Shown here piece after piece: positions 34,112 to 46,014 of a DNA stretch of 64,000 nucleotides (position 1 is its first letter; the number at the start of each line of letters is the position of its first letter). A model generated the notes under the pieces. That model had not been told where the DNA came from, made no database searches, and saw nothing but the letters and a program-made list of their open reading frames with translations. This stretch comes from Gammaproteobacteria bacterium (GTDB lineage: Bacteria; Pseudomonadota; Gammaproteobacteria; Steroidobacterales; XN24). The stretch lies in assembly GCA_029287575.1 (NCBI GenBank), contig JARFQW010000188.1, positions 19,365 through 83,364 of the forward strand, given 5' to 3'. The translations under genes were made by a program, and so were the position numbers.

Positions 34112-35354
34112 CCCGCCACAGCAGCCACCCGCCCAGAACAAACAGAATCGAAACGGACATGATGCTGTCGCGCTCGGTCGCACCGGGTATCACCAGCGGG
34201 GTCAGAGCCATCAGCATGGGTCCGAGGATTGCCGCGAACTTGCCGACCATATTGAAGAAACCAAAAAACTCGGCGGTCTTCGATGTCGGGATAAGCCGGG
34301 CGTAAAGGCTTCGGGAGAGGCTCTGGACGCCGCCCTGGACGAGCCCGATCGCCACCGCGAGCTTGTAGAAATCCGCTCCGGAATCCAGGAACAGCCATGC
34401 GTAGACCAAGGCGAGGATATAGACGCCGAGTCCGATCAGGATAGCCGGCCTCGGACCGATGCGCTTGCCGAGCCAGCCGAAGCCGAGGGCGGCGGGGAAT
34501 GCCACGAACTGGGTCAGCAACAGCGCGGTAATCAGGCTTTCCTGGGGGAGGTTCAGAACCCGGTCGCCGAAAAAAACGGCCGTCTTGATCACCGTGTTGA
34601 CCCCGTCGATGTAGAGCCAGTAACCCACCAGGAACAGCAGCAGCACCTTGAGCTTGCGGACCTCCCCGAAGGTCTGCCTGAGCTGCGCGAGCCCATCGCG
34701 AATGGCCCGGCCGGCGGGAGCCGGGTCCGGCGTTGCGGCCTCCTTGACGAACAGGAGCAACGGTATGGTGAACACCAACCACCACACCGCAACGCTCAGG
34801 AAGGCCGCCTTCACCGCTACACCGGCGTCGGCAAAACCGAACAGTTCCGGGCGCGTCACCATGAGCACGTTGACCACGAACAGCAGCCCCCCGCCGATAT
34901 AGCCGGCGGAGTATCCGTAGGCCGAAACGATGTCGAATTCTTCCTCTTCGGCAACGTCCACGAGCATGGAGTCATAGAAAATGTTCGCGCCGGAAAAACC
35001 CACCGTCCCGAAGGCGTAGAACGCCAGCCCGAGCCACCACTGGCCGACGTGCACCCAGGCCAGCGCGGCCGTCATGAGCGCGCCGAGGAACGCGAAAAAC
35101 ACGAGGAACTTCTTGCGATTGCCGCCCTGGTCGGCGATCGCGCCCAGAATCGGCGCAAACAAGGCCACCAACAGGCTGGAGCCAGCCAGCGTGACGTTGA
35201 ACCAGAACTGAGAGTCCTGGGTGGATACATCCTTGCTGATGGCGCTGTAGAAAACGGGAAAAAACCCGGCCATGACCGTCGTGGCGAATGCCGAGTTGGC
35301 CCAGTCATACAAGGCCCAGCCCAGTACCGGACGGCGGAAGAAGAGCTTGCTCAT
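34035..35354 (-). CDS. MFS transporter, UMF1/Atg22-like family
   Basis: MSKLFFRRPVLGWALYDWANSAFATTVMAGFFPVFY is the family N-terminal signature, followed by ~12 TM segments. Start at ATG 35354 after GGAAGGA. Confidence 0.75.
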   Translation of the reverse strand: MSKLFFRRPVLGWALYDWANSAFATTVMAGFFPVFYSAISKDVSTQDSQFWFNVTLAGSSLLVALFAPILGAIADQGGNRKKFLVFFAFLGALMTAALAWVHVGQWWLGLAFYAFGTVGFSGANIFYDSMLVDVAEEEEFDIVSAYGYSAGYIGGGLLFVVNVLMVTRPELFGFADAGVAVKAAFLSVAVWWLVFTIPLLLFVKEAATPDPAPAGRAIRDGLAQLRQTFGEVRKLKVLLLFLVGYWLYIDGVNTVIKTAVFFGDRVLNLPQESLITALLLTQFVAFPAALGFGWLGKRIGPRPAILIGLGVYILALVYAWLFLDSGADFYKLAVAIGLVQGGVQSLSRSLYARLIPTSKTAEFFGFFNMVGKFAAILGPMLMALTPLVIPGATERDSIMSVSILFVLGGWLLWRVNVDAGMAAANAMEAESRGPGAGGE

Positions 35355-35421
35355 CGCGTTGTCCTTCCGGGGCTTCCCGGGCAATCGTCCGCCTCGGACG
35401 GAAGAAATCCTTGATCGCCGA

Positions 35422-37014
35422 TCAGGCCGCGTCTGCCAGATGCTCTCGCGTGGGCTTGAAATCGAGCGCCGGCCAGCGCTCTTCGGTAAGCGACAGGTTG
35501 ACACGGGTTGGCGCAAGATAAACCAGGCACCCGCCGTGGTCGATGGCCAGGTTTTCGGTCACCTTGCGGCGAAAACGTTCCAGTTCCGCAGGGTCCGCTG
35601 CGTAAACCCAGCGGGCCGTGGCCACCTTCACGTTCTCGAAGCTGCAGCTGACACCGTACTCGCTCTGTAGCCGGTGCGCGACGACATCGAACTGCAGGGG
35701 ACCCACGGCGCCCAGGATCAGGTCATTGGCATTTACCGGCCGGAACAGCTGTGTTGCGCCTTCTTCGCACAATTGTCCGAGCCCCTTCTGCAGGGCCTTC
35801 ATGCGCAGGGGATCGCGGAGAATCGCCCGCCGGAATAGCTCCGGGGCGAAATTCGGTATGCCGGTGAACGTCAGGCGTTCACCCTCGGTGAAGGTGTCGC
35901 CGATGTTGATCGTGCCGTGATTGTGCAAGCCGATGATGTCTCCCGCCCAGGCCTCTTCCGCATGCTGACGGTCCGCTGCGAGGAAGGTCACCGCATCGGC
36001 AATGCGCACGTCCTTGCCCAGCCGGACGTGGCGCATCTTCATCCCGCGGGCATAGCGGCCTGAGCAAATCCGCATGAACGCGATCCGGTCCCGATGGGCG
36101 GGATCCATGTTCGCCTGGATCTTGAAAATGAAGCCACTGAGCTTCGGTTCGTCCGGCTGCACCACCCGGTCCACGGACTCCCTGGGCATGGGCGCCGGTG
36201 CCCAGCTGACGAATCCGTCGAGCAGTTCCCGGACGCCAAAATTGTTGATGGCCGAGCCAAAAAACACCGGCGTCAGGTCGCCGGCCAGGTACGCATCATG
36301 ATCCCATTCATGCGACGCGCCCTGGACCAGCTCGATCTCTTCACGAAACTCGTCCGCCAGGTCGCCCAGCACCTCCCTGGCCGCTTCGCTTTCCAGACCT
36401 TCGACGACATCGGTCTCGCCGAGCACGCCGCGCGACTGCTCCCGGTAGACATAGATCCGGTCTTCAAGCAGATGGTAGATGCCGCGCAGCCGGCTGCCCA
36501 TGCCGATCGGCCAGGTAATGGGAGCACAACGAATCTTGAGAATCCGCTCCACCTCGTCGAGGAGTTCCATGGGGTCGCGGCCCTCGCGGTCCAGCTTGTT
36601 GATAAAGCTGACGATCGGGGTGGTTCTCAGACGGCATACGTCCATGAGTTTGATGGTGCGCTCTTCCACGCCCTTCGCGCAGTCGATCACCATCAGCGCC
36701 GAATCGACGGCGGTCAGCGTCCGGTAGGTGTCTTCGGAGAAATCGGCGTGGCCAGGCGTATCGAGCAGATTCACGACCCGATCACGGTAGGGAAACTGCA
36801 TGACCGAAGAAGTCACGGAAATTCCGCGCTGCTGCTCGAGCGCCATCCAGTCCGAGGTGGCATGCCGCGAGGCCTTGCGGCCTTTCACTGTACCGGCCAT
36901 CTGGATAGCACCGCCGAAGAGCAGCAGTTTCTCGGTCAGTGTGGTCTTGCCGGCGTCGGGATGCGAAATGATCGCGAACGTCCGCCGTTGCCCTGTTGGC
37001 TTCTCCTCGGTCAT
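35422..37014 (-). CDS. prfC: peptide chain release factor 3 PrfC
   Basis: [37 protein letters not shown] and NKLDR are translational GTPase motifs in PrfC-type sequence. Start at ATG 37014 after GAGGAA. Confidence 0.95.
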   Translation of the reverse strand: MTEEKPTGQRRTFAIISHPDAGKTTLTEKLLLFGGAIQMAGTVKGRKASRHATSDWMALEQQRGISVTSSVMQFPYRDRVVNLLDTPGHADFSEDTYRTLTAVDSALMVIDCAKGVEERTIKLMDVCRLRTTPIVSFINKLDREGRDPMELLDEVERILKIRCAPITWPIGMGSRLRGIYHLLEDRIYVYREQSRGVLGETDVVEGLESEAAREVLGDLADEFREEIELVQGASHEWDHDAYLAGDLTPVFFGSAINNFGVRELLDGFVSWAPAPMPRESVDRVVQPDEPKLSGFIFKIQANMDPAHRDRIAFMRICSGRYARGMKMRHVRLGKDVRIADAVTFLAADRQHAEEAWAGDIIGLHNHGTINIGDTFTEGERLTFTGIPNFAPELFRRAILRDPLRMKALQKGLGQLCEEGATQLFRPVNANDLILGAVGPLQFDVVAHRLQSEYGVSCSFENVKVATARWVYAADPAELERFRRKVTENLAIDHGGCLVYLAPTRVNLSLTEERWPALDFKPTREHLADAA

Positions 37015-37147
37015 GTTCCTCGTCGAATTCCTTCGCGGTATCCCGGGCCAGCGTGTGGCGGGCCGCGGATTGTACTTCAAGCCGGTCCACGGGCCCCGGC
37101 CCGCCCGGCAATATTGTCAGCGCCGGGCACCGCCGCGGTCGCCTGCC

Positions 37148-37618
37148 CTAGAGATCTTTCGCCAGCACAAGCGCATCTTCGCGCCCGTTTCTCCCACGGT
37201 AGTAGTGCTTGCGGCGCCCGATCTGGCGAAAATCCGCCCCCTGGTACAGGCGGATGGCCGCCGCATTCGACGGCCGCACTTCCAGAAAAATCTCGCGGGC
37301 ACCATGGGCCGCTGCCTGGCGCAGCACGGTGTCCAGCAGCAGGCGGCCGTGGCCGGCCCCCTGCCGCTCCGGCCGCACACAGAGGTTCAGCAGATGCGCC
37401 TCCCCGGCGCCGACCGATAGAACGGTATAGCCATGAACTCCGTCGGCGGCCAGATCCAGCACGAAGGCGTGGTAGCCCGCGCTCAGACAGTCCCGGACGA
37501 TGCCCGGGCTCCATGGGACCTGATAAGCCTGCGCCTCGATCGCCGCGACGGTCCAGACGTCCCCGGAGGCCATCGGCCGCACGCGGGCAGTACGGAATTC
37601 CGATTCAACCGCGCTCAT
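37148..37618 (-). CDS. rimI: ribosomal-protein-alanine N-acetyltransferase RimI (GNAT)
   Basis: RPMASGDVWTVAAIE...LNLCVRPERQGAGHGRLLL...EVRPSNAAAIRLYQGADF is a GNAT core with the RimI-like layout. Confidence 0.75.
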   Translation of the reverse strand: MSAVESEFRTARVRPMASGDVWTVAAIEAQAYQVPWSPGIVRDCLSAGYHAFVLDLAADGVHGYTVLSVGAGEAHLLNLCVRPERQGAGHGRLLLDTVLRQAAAHGAREIFLEVRPSNAAAIRLYQGADFRQIGRRKHYYRGRNGREDALVLAKDL

Positions 37619-38396
37619 CGGATCCGGTATCCGGGGCGGGCAGGCGCCTCGCCAGGAGCAGGTCTTCCCAGGCCCGGGCTTTCTGTGACGGCTGGCGGAG
37701 CAGGTACGCGGGGTGGTAGGTCACGACGAGGGGGCGGTTGTCCGGCCCCAGTTGGTGCACCCGGCCGCGCAGGGACCCCAGCGGCTTGTCCGACCCCAGG
37801 AGTTGCTGGGCTGAAATCCGTCCCAGCGCAACGATCACGCCGGGATCGATCAGCTCGATCTGGCGGTCGAGGTAGGGCGCACAGGCCCGGGATTCCTCGG
37901 GACGCGGGTCCCGGTTTCCCGGCGGCCGGCATTTCAGGACATTGGCGATGAAAACCTGCTGACGATTCAGCCCCAGGGCCGCCAGCATGGCGTCCAGGAG
38001 CTGTCCGGCACGCCCGACAAACGGTTCTCCTCGACGATCCTCCTCCACGCCGGGAGCCTCGCCGATAAACAGCCAGCGAGCCGTGTGGCTTCCGACCCCG
38101 AAGACGGTCTGGGTGCGGTGCCGGTGCAGCTCACAGGCCTCGCAGCCGCTCACCGCCGCCTCGAGGGCCGGCCAGGGCAGCTCGCTGATCTCCGCGGCGG
38201 GCGCCGGCGACCCGGGGTTCGGCGCCGGCCCGGTGACCGGCGGGGCCGATTCCCCGCCCCGCCTCGCGGACGGCGAAATGGTCTGGAGGCCGGTTTCCGG
38301 GACATCCTCCGGAACCGGGGGATGCCGAAGCACCCACGAAGTCAGCCCCATGGCTCTGAGGCAAGCCTGACGTCGGTCCTCCATGATCCGCTTCAC
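37605..38396 (-). CDS. uracil-DNA glycosylase, family 4, with ~85-aa N-terminal extension
   Basis: [49 protein letters not shown] and ...HPAYLLR are family-4 UDG motifs. Confidence 0.8.
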   Translation of the reverse strand: MKRIMEDRRQACLRAMGLTSWVLRHPPVPEDVPETGLQTISPSARRGGESAPPVTGPAPNPGSPAPAAEISELPWPALEAAVSGCEACELHRHRTQTVFGVGSHTARWLFIGEAPGVEEDRRGEPFVGRAGQLLDAMLAALGLNRQQVFIANVLKCRPPGNRDPRPEESRACAPYLDRQIELIDPGVIVALGRISAQQLLGSDKPLGSLRGRVHQLGPDNRPLVVTYHPAYLLRQPSQKARAWEDLLLARRLPAPDTGSDERG

Positions 38397-39151
38397 GTCT
38401 CGCCGGGCTTGCGGGCCTGTTCACGCCGGCGCTCGCGGGCGCCCCGGCGCAGCACGGCGAGCGTCGGCCCGGACAAGGCGTAGGTGAAGAACAGACCGAA
38501 CAACACAACCGGCGGATTCAGGGAGATGACCATGAAGATCAGCGGGATGATGAGTACGTAGGCGAACTTGACCCGTCCGGTGAGGTTCAGATCCTTGCCG
38601 CTGTAGTAGCGAAAACTGCTGACCATAAGCCCACCGGCGGCCGCCGTGATCAGAAACCCGCCGATCAGCGCAAACGATCCGGACGCGTCCAGCTCGGTGC
38701 CCAGCCAGACCATGGCGGCGGTCAGGGCGGCGGCAGACGGGCTCGGCAACCCCTCGAAAAAGCGCGGGTCACCCTTGCCTATGCTGCTGTTGTAGCGAGC
38801 CAGACGGAGTGCAGCGCACACCGCGTAGAAAAACGTGGTAATCCAGCCCAGCTTGCCCCACAGCCAGCCCAGCTCCGTGAGCCGCACGATTCCCCACTGA
38901 TAGACCACCAGCGCCGGCGCCAGGCCGAAGGAAATCATGTCGGCGAGGCTGTCGTACTCTTTGCCGAAATCGCTTTCGGTACTGGTCAGGCGCGCAACCC
39001 GGCCGTCGAGGCCGTCCATGAACATCGCCACGAAAACCGCGATGGCCGCCCGGTCGAAATTGCCGTCCATTGCGGCGATCACAGCGTAGAAGCCCGCGAA
39101 GAGGGCTGCCGTGGTCAGCAGGTTCGGAAGCAGGTAGATTCCCCTGGCGAT
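38393..39151 (-). CDS. pssA: CDP-diacylglycerol--serine O-phosphatidyltransferase PssA (5' boundary uncertain)
   Basis: CDP-alcohol transferase motif DGLDGRVARL...G.EYDSLAD. The conserved N-terminal RGIYLLPNLLTTAALFAGFYAV lies upstream of the first canonical start (GTG 39082) and downstream of an in-frame TAG (39179-39181). I provisionally place the start at ATC 39151, 8 nt after AGGAGG. Confidence 0.75.
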   Translation of the reverse strand: MARGIYLLPNLLTTAALFAGFYAVIAAMDGNFDRAAIAVFVAMFMDGLDGRVARLTSTESDFGKEYDSLADMISFGLAPALVVYQWGIVRLTELGWLWGKLGWITTFFYAVCAALRLARYNSSIGKGDPRFFEGLPSPSAAALTAAMVWLGTELDASGSFALIGGFLITAAAGGLMVSSFRYYSGKDLNLTGRVKFAYVLIIPLIFMVISLNPPVVLFGLFFTYALSGPTLAVLRRGARERRREQARKPGET

Positions 39152-39206
39152 GAGCAGGCCCTCCTCGGTAGCCGGTTGCTATTGTCCCGCGACAGCCGGC
39201 GAATGA

Positions 39207-40205
39207 CTAGCGCCCGGTGTCGGCCAGCCACGGCATCATGGCCCGCAAACGGGTTCCGACGGCCTCGATCGGGTGCGCGTCGGCGGCGCTCCGACCGGCG
39301 GCCAGAACCGGCTGGCCGGCCTGCATCTCGCGGCTCAACTCGTCGGCGAACCGGCCGGTTCGAATGTCCTCGAGCATAGCCTTCAAGGCGGCCCTCGAGT
39401 CCTCGCCAATCACCCGCGGTCCCCGAGTGTAGTCTCCGAATTCCGCGGTGCTCGATATGGAGCGGCGCATGCCGGCAATGCCCCGGGAATGGATCAGGTC
39501 GGTGATGAGCTTCAGTTCGTGCAGGCAGCCGAAATACGCCAGTTCCTCGGGATAGCCGGCGTCGACGAGGGTCTCGAACGCGGCGGTGATCAGATGGGTG
39601 ACCCCGCCGCACAACACCGCCTGCTCCGCGAACAGGTCGGTCTCTGTTTCGTCCGCGAAGGTCGTCTGCAGGACGCCGGCCCGACCGTGGCCGTTGAGGG
39701 CAGCGTAGGCCAGTCCCCTGGCACGGGCCGTCCCCGTTGCATCCTGGTGGATCGCCAGCAGCGCCGGCACGCCGTTGCCCTCCACGAAGGTCTGCCGGAC
39801 CTGATCACCGATTCCCAGCGGGGCAACCATCAGGACATCGAGATCCGGCCGCGGCGAGATCTGCCGGAAATGCACGCTGTACCCGTGGGCGAACAACAGC
39901 GCGCTGCCCTGACGCATGCGCATCGCCAGGATGTCCGAGTAGACCGCGGGCTGGACCTCGTCGGGGACGAGCATCATCACCAGATCCGCCTCCCCGGCGA
40001 CCCGTTCGGGCGTCCCGGTCGGCAGCTTGAGTTCCGCGCACAGCGGGATCGACGGCGAGCCGTCGCGCAGTCCGACCACGACGTCGGCGCCCGAATCACG
40101 CAGGTTGAGGGCATGGGCGCGGCCCTGAGCGCCGAATCCCAGCACGCCGATCCGGCTGTTGGCGAGAATGCCTGTATCGATGTCAGCTTCATAAACGGCT
40201 TTCAT
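39207..40205 (-). CDS. ilvC: ketol-acid reductoisomerase IlvC (class I)
   Basis: IGVLGFGAQGRAHALNLRDSGADVVVGLR and ...LFAEQAVLCGG...; 332 aa. The ilvC-pssA order matches Pseudomonas. Confidence 0.95.
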   Translation of the reverse strand: MKAVYEADIDTGILANSRIGVLGFGAQGRAHALNLRDSGADVVVGLRDGSPSIPLCAELKLPTGTPERVAGEADLVMMLVPDEVQPAVYSDILAMRMRQGSALLFAHGYSVHFRQISPRPDLDVLMVAPLGIGDQVRQTFVEGNGVPALLAIHQDATGTARARGLAYAALNGHGRAGVLQTTFADETETDLFAEQAVLCGGVTHLITAAFETLVDAGYPEELAYFGCLHELKLITDLIHSRGIAGMRRSISSTAEFGDYTRGPRVIGEDSRAALKAMLEDIRTGRFADELSREMQAGQPVLAAGRSAADAHPIEAVGTRLRAMMPWLADTGR

Positions 40206-41053
40206 GAACCCTCCTCCCCGAGATGCCGGGCGATGAACGCATCGGTGCGGGCGCGGGCGGCGGCTGCCGCCTCGCCGTCGTAGTCGCGGGCGGTCGGATT
40301 GGCAAACGCATGCCCGGCGTCGAAGCTGAGGAACTCCAGCTCCCGGCCGGCCGCCGCCATGGCGTCCCTGAACGCGTCCGCGCGGGCAGGCGTAATCCAG
40401 CGGTCCCGATCGGCATAGATGGCGAGCACGGGTGCCCGCAGGCGTGCCAGCCGCTCCGGGTTGGTCTCCAGATCACCGTAGTAGGCCACCGCCGCACGGA
40501 CCAGCCCCGGGGACTCGATGGCAGCGTCGAGAGCCTGACGGCCGCCGAAGCACCAGCCGAGGACCGCAACCCGCCGGCCGTCCCCGGCGAGCAGATCGAT
40601 CGCCGCCCGCGCCCGTCGCCGGGCCAGCCGGTCGTCGAGCTCGCGCATGTTCCGGCGGGCGACCCGGGGATTTTCGGTCGCGGGCTTGCCGTAAACGTTC
40701 AGCGCGGCGACATAATAGCCGAGCGCGGCGTAGCGGTCCGCCTCCGCGCGAACCGCATCGGTCAGCCCCCACCATTCGTGAAACAACAAAATCGCCCGGG
40801 AACTGGCATTATCTCCGGCTACGTACAGGTCGACCCGGTCCCCCCGGGAACTTCGAATTCGCTGATCCCGGCCGGCGAGACCTTGTTCGGGCGCCCGATC
40901 GAGGCTGTGGGTTACACCGGTCGGCGTGTCAACGGCCCAGACCTGCGCGTGCCAGAGAACGAGAACCAGGCCCATAGCCGCGCCGGCAAGGCGGCGTCTA
41001 AAATAACCGCCCTGTAGCGGCCCGCCGTATTTACCAAGGATTGCCCCCCGCAT
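40202..41053 (-). CDS. dienelactone hydrolase family protein (secreted)
   Basis: [12 protein letters not shown], the nucleophile elbow region [10 protein letters not shown] and a terminal ...DAGHAFAN. The N-terminus [22 protein letters not shown] resembles a signal peptide. Start is ATG 41053 or 40975. The 399-aa track ORF over-extends across proS. Confidence 0.7.
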   Translation of the reverse strand: MRGAILGKYGGPLQGGYFRRRLAGAAMGLVLVLWHAQVWAVDTPTGVTHSLDRAPEQGLAGRDQRIRSSRGDRVDLYVAGDNASSRAILLFHEWWGLTDAVRAEADRYAALGYYVAALNVYGKPATENPRVARRNMRELDDRLARRRARAAIDLLAGDGRRVAVLGWCFGGRQALDAAIESPGLVRAAVAYYGDLETNPERLARLRAPVLAIYADRDRWITPARADAFRDAMAAAGRELEFLSFDAGHAFANPTARDYDGEAAAAARARTDAFIARHLGEEGS

Positions 41054-42776
41054 GCGTCTCTCCCAGTACCCGTTGACCACCCTCAAGGAAACACCCGCCG
41101 GCGCCGAGATCGTCAGCCACCAGCTGATGCTCAGGGCCGGACTGATCCATCGACTGGCGTCCGGCCTGTACTCCTGGATGCCCATGGGTCTGCGGGTCGC
41201 CCGCAAGGTCGAGCAGGTCGTCCGGGAAGAAATGGACCGTGCCGGCGGACTGGAGCTGCTGATGCCCATGGTGCAGCCGGGCGAACTGTGGCGCGAATCG
41301 GGCCGCTGGAGCAAGTACGGGCCCGAGTTGCTGCGCCTCAATGACCGGCATGAACGGGAGTTCTGCCTCGGACCGACCCACGAAGAGGTCATCACCGACA
41401 TAGCCCGCCGGGACCTGAAGAGCTATCGGCAGCTCCCGGTCACCTGGTACCAGATCCAGACAAAATTCCGGGATGAGATCCGGCCGCGCTTCGGCGTGAT
41501 GCGCGCCCGGGAATTCATCATGAAGGACGCCTACTCGTTCCATCTGGACGCGGAATCGATGCAGGCCACCTACGATCGCATGCATGAAGCCTACTCCCGG
41601 ATATTCGAGCGGCTGGGCCTGGATTTCCGGCCCGTGCAGGCGGATCCGGGCGCCATTGGCGGCAGCTTTTCACACGAATTTCACGTCCTCGCCGAGTCGG
41701 GCGAGGACGCCATCGCCTATTCGCCGGGCGGATATGCCGCCAATGTGGAGCTCGCCGAGGCGCTGGCGCCGGACGGCGACCGTCCGCCGGCCACGGCCAG
41801 CCTCGAACGGGTTCCGACGCCCGGGGCAAAGACCATCGCCGACCTGGTCGGCGCGCTGTCGGTGCCCGCGGAGAAATGCATCAAGACGCTCGTTGTCGAG
41901 GGCACGGACGGCCCGGTGGTCCTCGTCCTGCGCGGCGACCACGAACTCACCGCCGTGAAGGCCGGCAACCTCGACACGGTCGCCAGCCCGCTGAATTTTG
42001 CTGCCGACGAGACGATCCGGTCACTGGCCGGGGCCGGCGCCGGCTCCCTCGGCCCGCTGGGTCTCGAATGCCCTGTCTACGTCGACCGCGCCGCCGCCGC
42101 GGTAGCCGATTTCGTTTGTGGCGCGAACGAAGACGGTTTTCACTTTACGGGCGTGAACTGGGGCCGCGATCTTCCCGAACCGACGATCGCCGATCTCCGC
42201 AACGTGGTGGCCGGAGACCCGGCTCCCGACGGCTCCGGTGCACTGGCCATCGCCCGAGGTATCGAGGTCGGTCACATTTTCCAGCTCGGCTGTGACTACA
42301 GTGAGGCCATGGGCGCCACGGTGCTGGACGACGAAGGACGCGAGCAGACCATGTTGATGGGCTGTTACGGCATCGGGGTCACCCGGGTGGTCGCGGCGGC
42401 CATCGAGCAGAATTTCGACGATCGCGGCATCATCTGGCCGGAGCCCATTGCCCCCTATGACCTGGTGATCGTCCCGATCAACATGGAGCGCTCCGAATCG
42501 GTGCGCGAGCTGAGCGTTGCGCTCTACTCGGAGCTCACCGGGTCGGGGGTGGAAGTCCTGCTCGACGATCGGGACCTGCGGCCAGGGGTCAAGTTTGCCG
42601 ACGCCGAGCTGCTGGGCGTTCCCCATCGTCTGGTGATCGGAGACCGGGGTATCCAGGCGGGTCAGCTCGAGTATCGGCATCGCCGCGCGGCGGAGGCCGA
42701 GAACCTGCCCCTGGAGGACGCGCGCGCCCTGATCGCGGACAAGGTGGCCGCCGGAAAGGCGCGCTACGCGTTGTGA
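41052..42776 (+). CDS. proS: proline--tRNA ligase ProS
   Basis: [32 protein letters not shown]..., class II motifs and the bacterial-type editing insertion; 574 aa. Confidence 0.95.
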   Translation: MRLSQYPLTTLKETPAGAEIVSHQLMLRAGLIHRLASGLYSWMPMGLRVARKVEQVVREEMDRAGGLELLMPMVQPGELWRESGRWSKYGPELLRLNDRHEREFCLGPTHEEVITDIARRDLKSYRQLPVTWYQIQTKFRDEIRPRFGVMRAREFIMKDAYSFHLDAESMQATYDRMHEAYSRIFERLGLDFRPVQADPGAIGGSFSHEFHVLAESGEDAIAYSPGGYAANVELAEALAPDGDRPPATASLERVPTPGAKTIADLVGALSVPAEKCIKTLVVEGTDGPVVLVLRGDHELTAVKAGNLDTVASPLNFAADETIRSLAGAGAGSLGPLGLECPVYVDRAAAAVADFVCGANEDGFHFTGVNWGRDLPEPTIADLRNVVAGDPAPDGSGALAIARGIEVGHIFQLGCDYSEAMGATVLDDEGREQTMLMGCYGIGVTRVVAAAIEQNFDDRGIIWPEPIAPYDLVIVPINMERSESVRELSVALYSELTGSGVEVLLDDRDLRPGVKFADAELLGVPHRLVIGDRGIQAGQLEYRHRRAAEAENLPLEDARALIADKVAAGKARYAL

Positions 42777-43339
42777 TTCGGTTCGCGGCCACTCTGCTGC
42801 TCGTCGCTCTCCTCGGCGCGCCGGCCCACGGCCAGGAGCAGCGTGTCGATCCGGCTCTGAGAGAGGTCCTGCTGTCCGCGTCCCGGGAAGCGCCCAGTTT
42901 CACCGATCGATTCGATGCAGAAGTGTGGCTGACCGATATGTCCAACCGGCTGGCGCCCAAGGTGCCCGACCCCGAGGAACGGATCCAGATTCTGAAAACC
43001 GCCCATGCCTGGGCCCGGCGCAAGAACCTGGAGCCGGAACTGGTCCTCGCGGTGATGGACATAGAGAGCAATTTTGACCGCTTTGCCCTGTCCCACGCCG
43101 GTGCCCGCGGGCTGATGCAGATCATGCCTTTTTGGCGCGACGAAATCGGCGAACCGCGCGCGGATCTCTTCGATATCGAGACCAATGTGCGCTACGGCTG
43201 CACCATACTCCGGTACTACCTGGACAGGGAAAACGACAACGTTCGCAAGGCGCTGGCCCGCTACAACGGGAGCACCGGCAAACGCTGGTACCCGGACCTG
43301 GTGCTGGGACGCCTGTCCAAGCGCTGGTACCGGCAGTAG
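42773..43339 (+). CDS. lytic transglycosylase (SLT domain) with signal peptide
   Basis: The GTG start overlaps the proS stop as GTGA. Signal peptide [22 protein letters not shown] catalytic block [26 protein letters not shown]. Confidence 0.8.
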   Translation: MIRFAATLLLVALLGAPAHGQEQRVDPALREVLLSASREAPSFTDRFDAEVWLTDMSNRLAPKVPDPEERIQILKTAHAWARRKNLEPELVLAVMDIESNFDRFALSHAGARGLMQIMPFWRDEIGEPRADLFDIETNVRYGCTILRYYLDRENDNVRKALARYNGSTGKRWYPDLVLGRLSKRWYRQ

Positions 43340-43612
43340 TCAGCCGGTGCGAAAGCCCGGCGGAACCCGGGCATCCCCGCCGAGCGGGATCATTTCGACC
43401 CGATCAACCCGGGCCAGATCCGGGCCTTCCGACAGCCAGCGCGAAAGTGCGTCGAGGGCCGCATCGCTTCCCCAGGCCACCACTTCCACCCGTCCGTCCG
43501 GCAGGTTGACCGCGTGCCCGGCAAGACCCAGACGCTGTGCCTGGTCGGCAGTGCTCGCACGGAAAAAGACGCCCTGAACGCGGCCTTCGACGAGAAAACG
43601 GCGCCCCGGCAT
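43340..43612 (-). CDS. acyP: acylphosphatase
   Basis: VEGRVQGVFFRAST and ...GHAVNLPDGRVEVVAWG are the acylphosphatase signatures; 90 aa. Confidence 0.85.
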   Translation of the reverse strand: MPGRRFLVEGRVQGVFFRASTADQAQRLGLAGHAVNLPDGRVEVVAWGSDAALDALSRWLSEGPDLARVDRVEMIPLGGDARVPPGFRTG

Positions 43613-43617
43613 TGCGC

Positions 43618-43914
43618 TTAAGGGCTGCCGCTTTGTCCCGCGACCCGGAGAGCTTCGGTGGCCCGTCGGCGCGCTTCCCGCGCATCCCGCCGAGCGCCGT
43701 TATAGGCACGTTTTTCGAGCTTCTTCTCGGCCGCGTTGAGCGAAATACGGGCCTGCTGCAACAGGCCGGGGGCGTGTTCGCCGGCACCCGCTTCTTCCGC
43801 CGCATTGATCGCCTGGCGAGCGTCGCTCATCTCCTGCACCGGAGGTCCGGCACAGGCGGCGAGCGCGGTCACCGCCGCGAGCAGCAAAACGAGCTGGCGT
43901 AGCCTTGCGAACAT
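43618..43914 (-). CDS. DUF4398-like lipoprotein
   Basis: Lipobox LAAVTALAAC, then a helical A/E/R-rich body (ARQAINAAEEAGA...AEKKLEKRAYNGARRDAREA), as in DUF4398. Confidence 0.55.
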   Translation of the reverse strand: MFARLRQLVLLLAAVTALAACAGPPVQEMSDARQAINAAEEAGAGEHAPGLLQQARISLNAAEKKLEKRAYNGARRDAREARRRATEALRVAGQSGSP

Positions 43915-44039
43915 AACTGCAGAGACCCCTGCCGAGCCTGGGTTATCTGGCGCGAAGCTATCAGGGGCTTGTCTGTTGCGTCAAGCATTCAGCCCCTACA
44001 ATCCCACCGGTGTTCGATTCAGGAAACTGGCAGAAAATC

Positions 44040-45306
<1,267 letters not shown>

Positions 45307-45315
<9 letters not shown>

Positions 45316-46014
45316 ATCGTCCCCGCTGCCGGACAGGAGCACGTCGCGCACGAACGGAAGCGTCAGTCGGCGCTTTGCCGCCAGGGATTCCACGTCCAGG
45401 CGGTCGAGCCATGCCAGCAGCGCGTTCATGTGCCGGGGCAACCGGGTCAGCATGTAGCGGGCCGTTTCCTCAGGCAGATCGAGGCCTCGACGGCCGGCTC
45501 GCAGCATCAGTGCGTCGAGGCGCTGCTCGTCGGAAAGGGTCTTGAGCTGGAAGGTCACGCCCCAGGTCAGCCGTGAGCGCAGATCCGGCAGTCTGAAGGC
45601 CGACGCCGACGGTGCCGCCGATGCAGCGAACAGCAGGGTGCCGCCGGCGTCGTTGACAGTGATGAAAAGCCTGAACAGGGCCTGCTCCCAGGCCTCGCGG
45701 CCGGCCGCCTCGTCCACATCGTCCACGCACACCAGCGCTGCATGGTCCCAGCCTTCCAGGGTGCCGGGACCAGCGGCTTTGAGTTCACCCAGCGGAAGAT
45801 AGGCGGCATCTGCGCCCCGTCCCCGGTATTCCGCGCAGGTGGCCTGCAGCAGGTGGGAACGGCCGCTGCCGGACCCTCCCCATAGCCAGACCGCGGGAAG
45901 GCGCGGCCGCGGCAGGTGCCTGAGAAAGTCGACAACCTCCTCGTTGTCACCCGGCACATAGGTCTCGAACACCGCGCTGTCCTTGAGCTGAACGCTCAGC
46001 GGAATCTGGCGCAT
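45307..46014 (-). CDS. hda: DnaA regulatory inactivator Hda
   Basis: MRQIPLSVQLKDSAVFETYVPGDNEE..., WLWGGSGSGRSHLLQA (P-loop) and VDDVD. ATG 46014 overlaps the upstream stop as ATGA. The 429-aa track ORF extension is rejected. Confidence 0.8.

Noticed and set aside
36094-37719. 541-aa plus-strand ORF across prfC and rimI
   Set aside because: It lies antisense to two well-supported genes and has low-complexity Arg/Pro/Ala composition.
40202-41401. 399-aa ORF extending the dienelactone hydrolase gene over proS
   Set aside because: The N-terminal ~115 codons are antisense to proS and are Ser/Arg-rich. The hydrolase domain and signal peptide begin at or after 41053.
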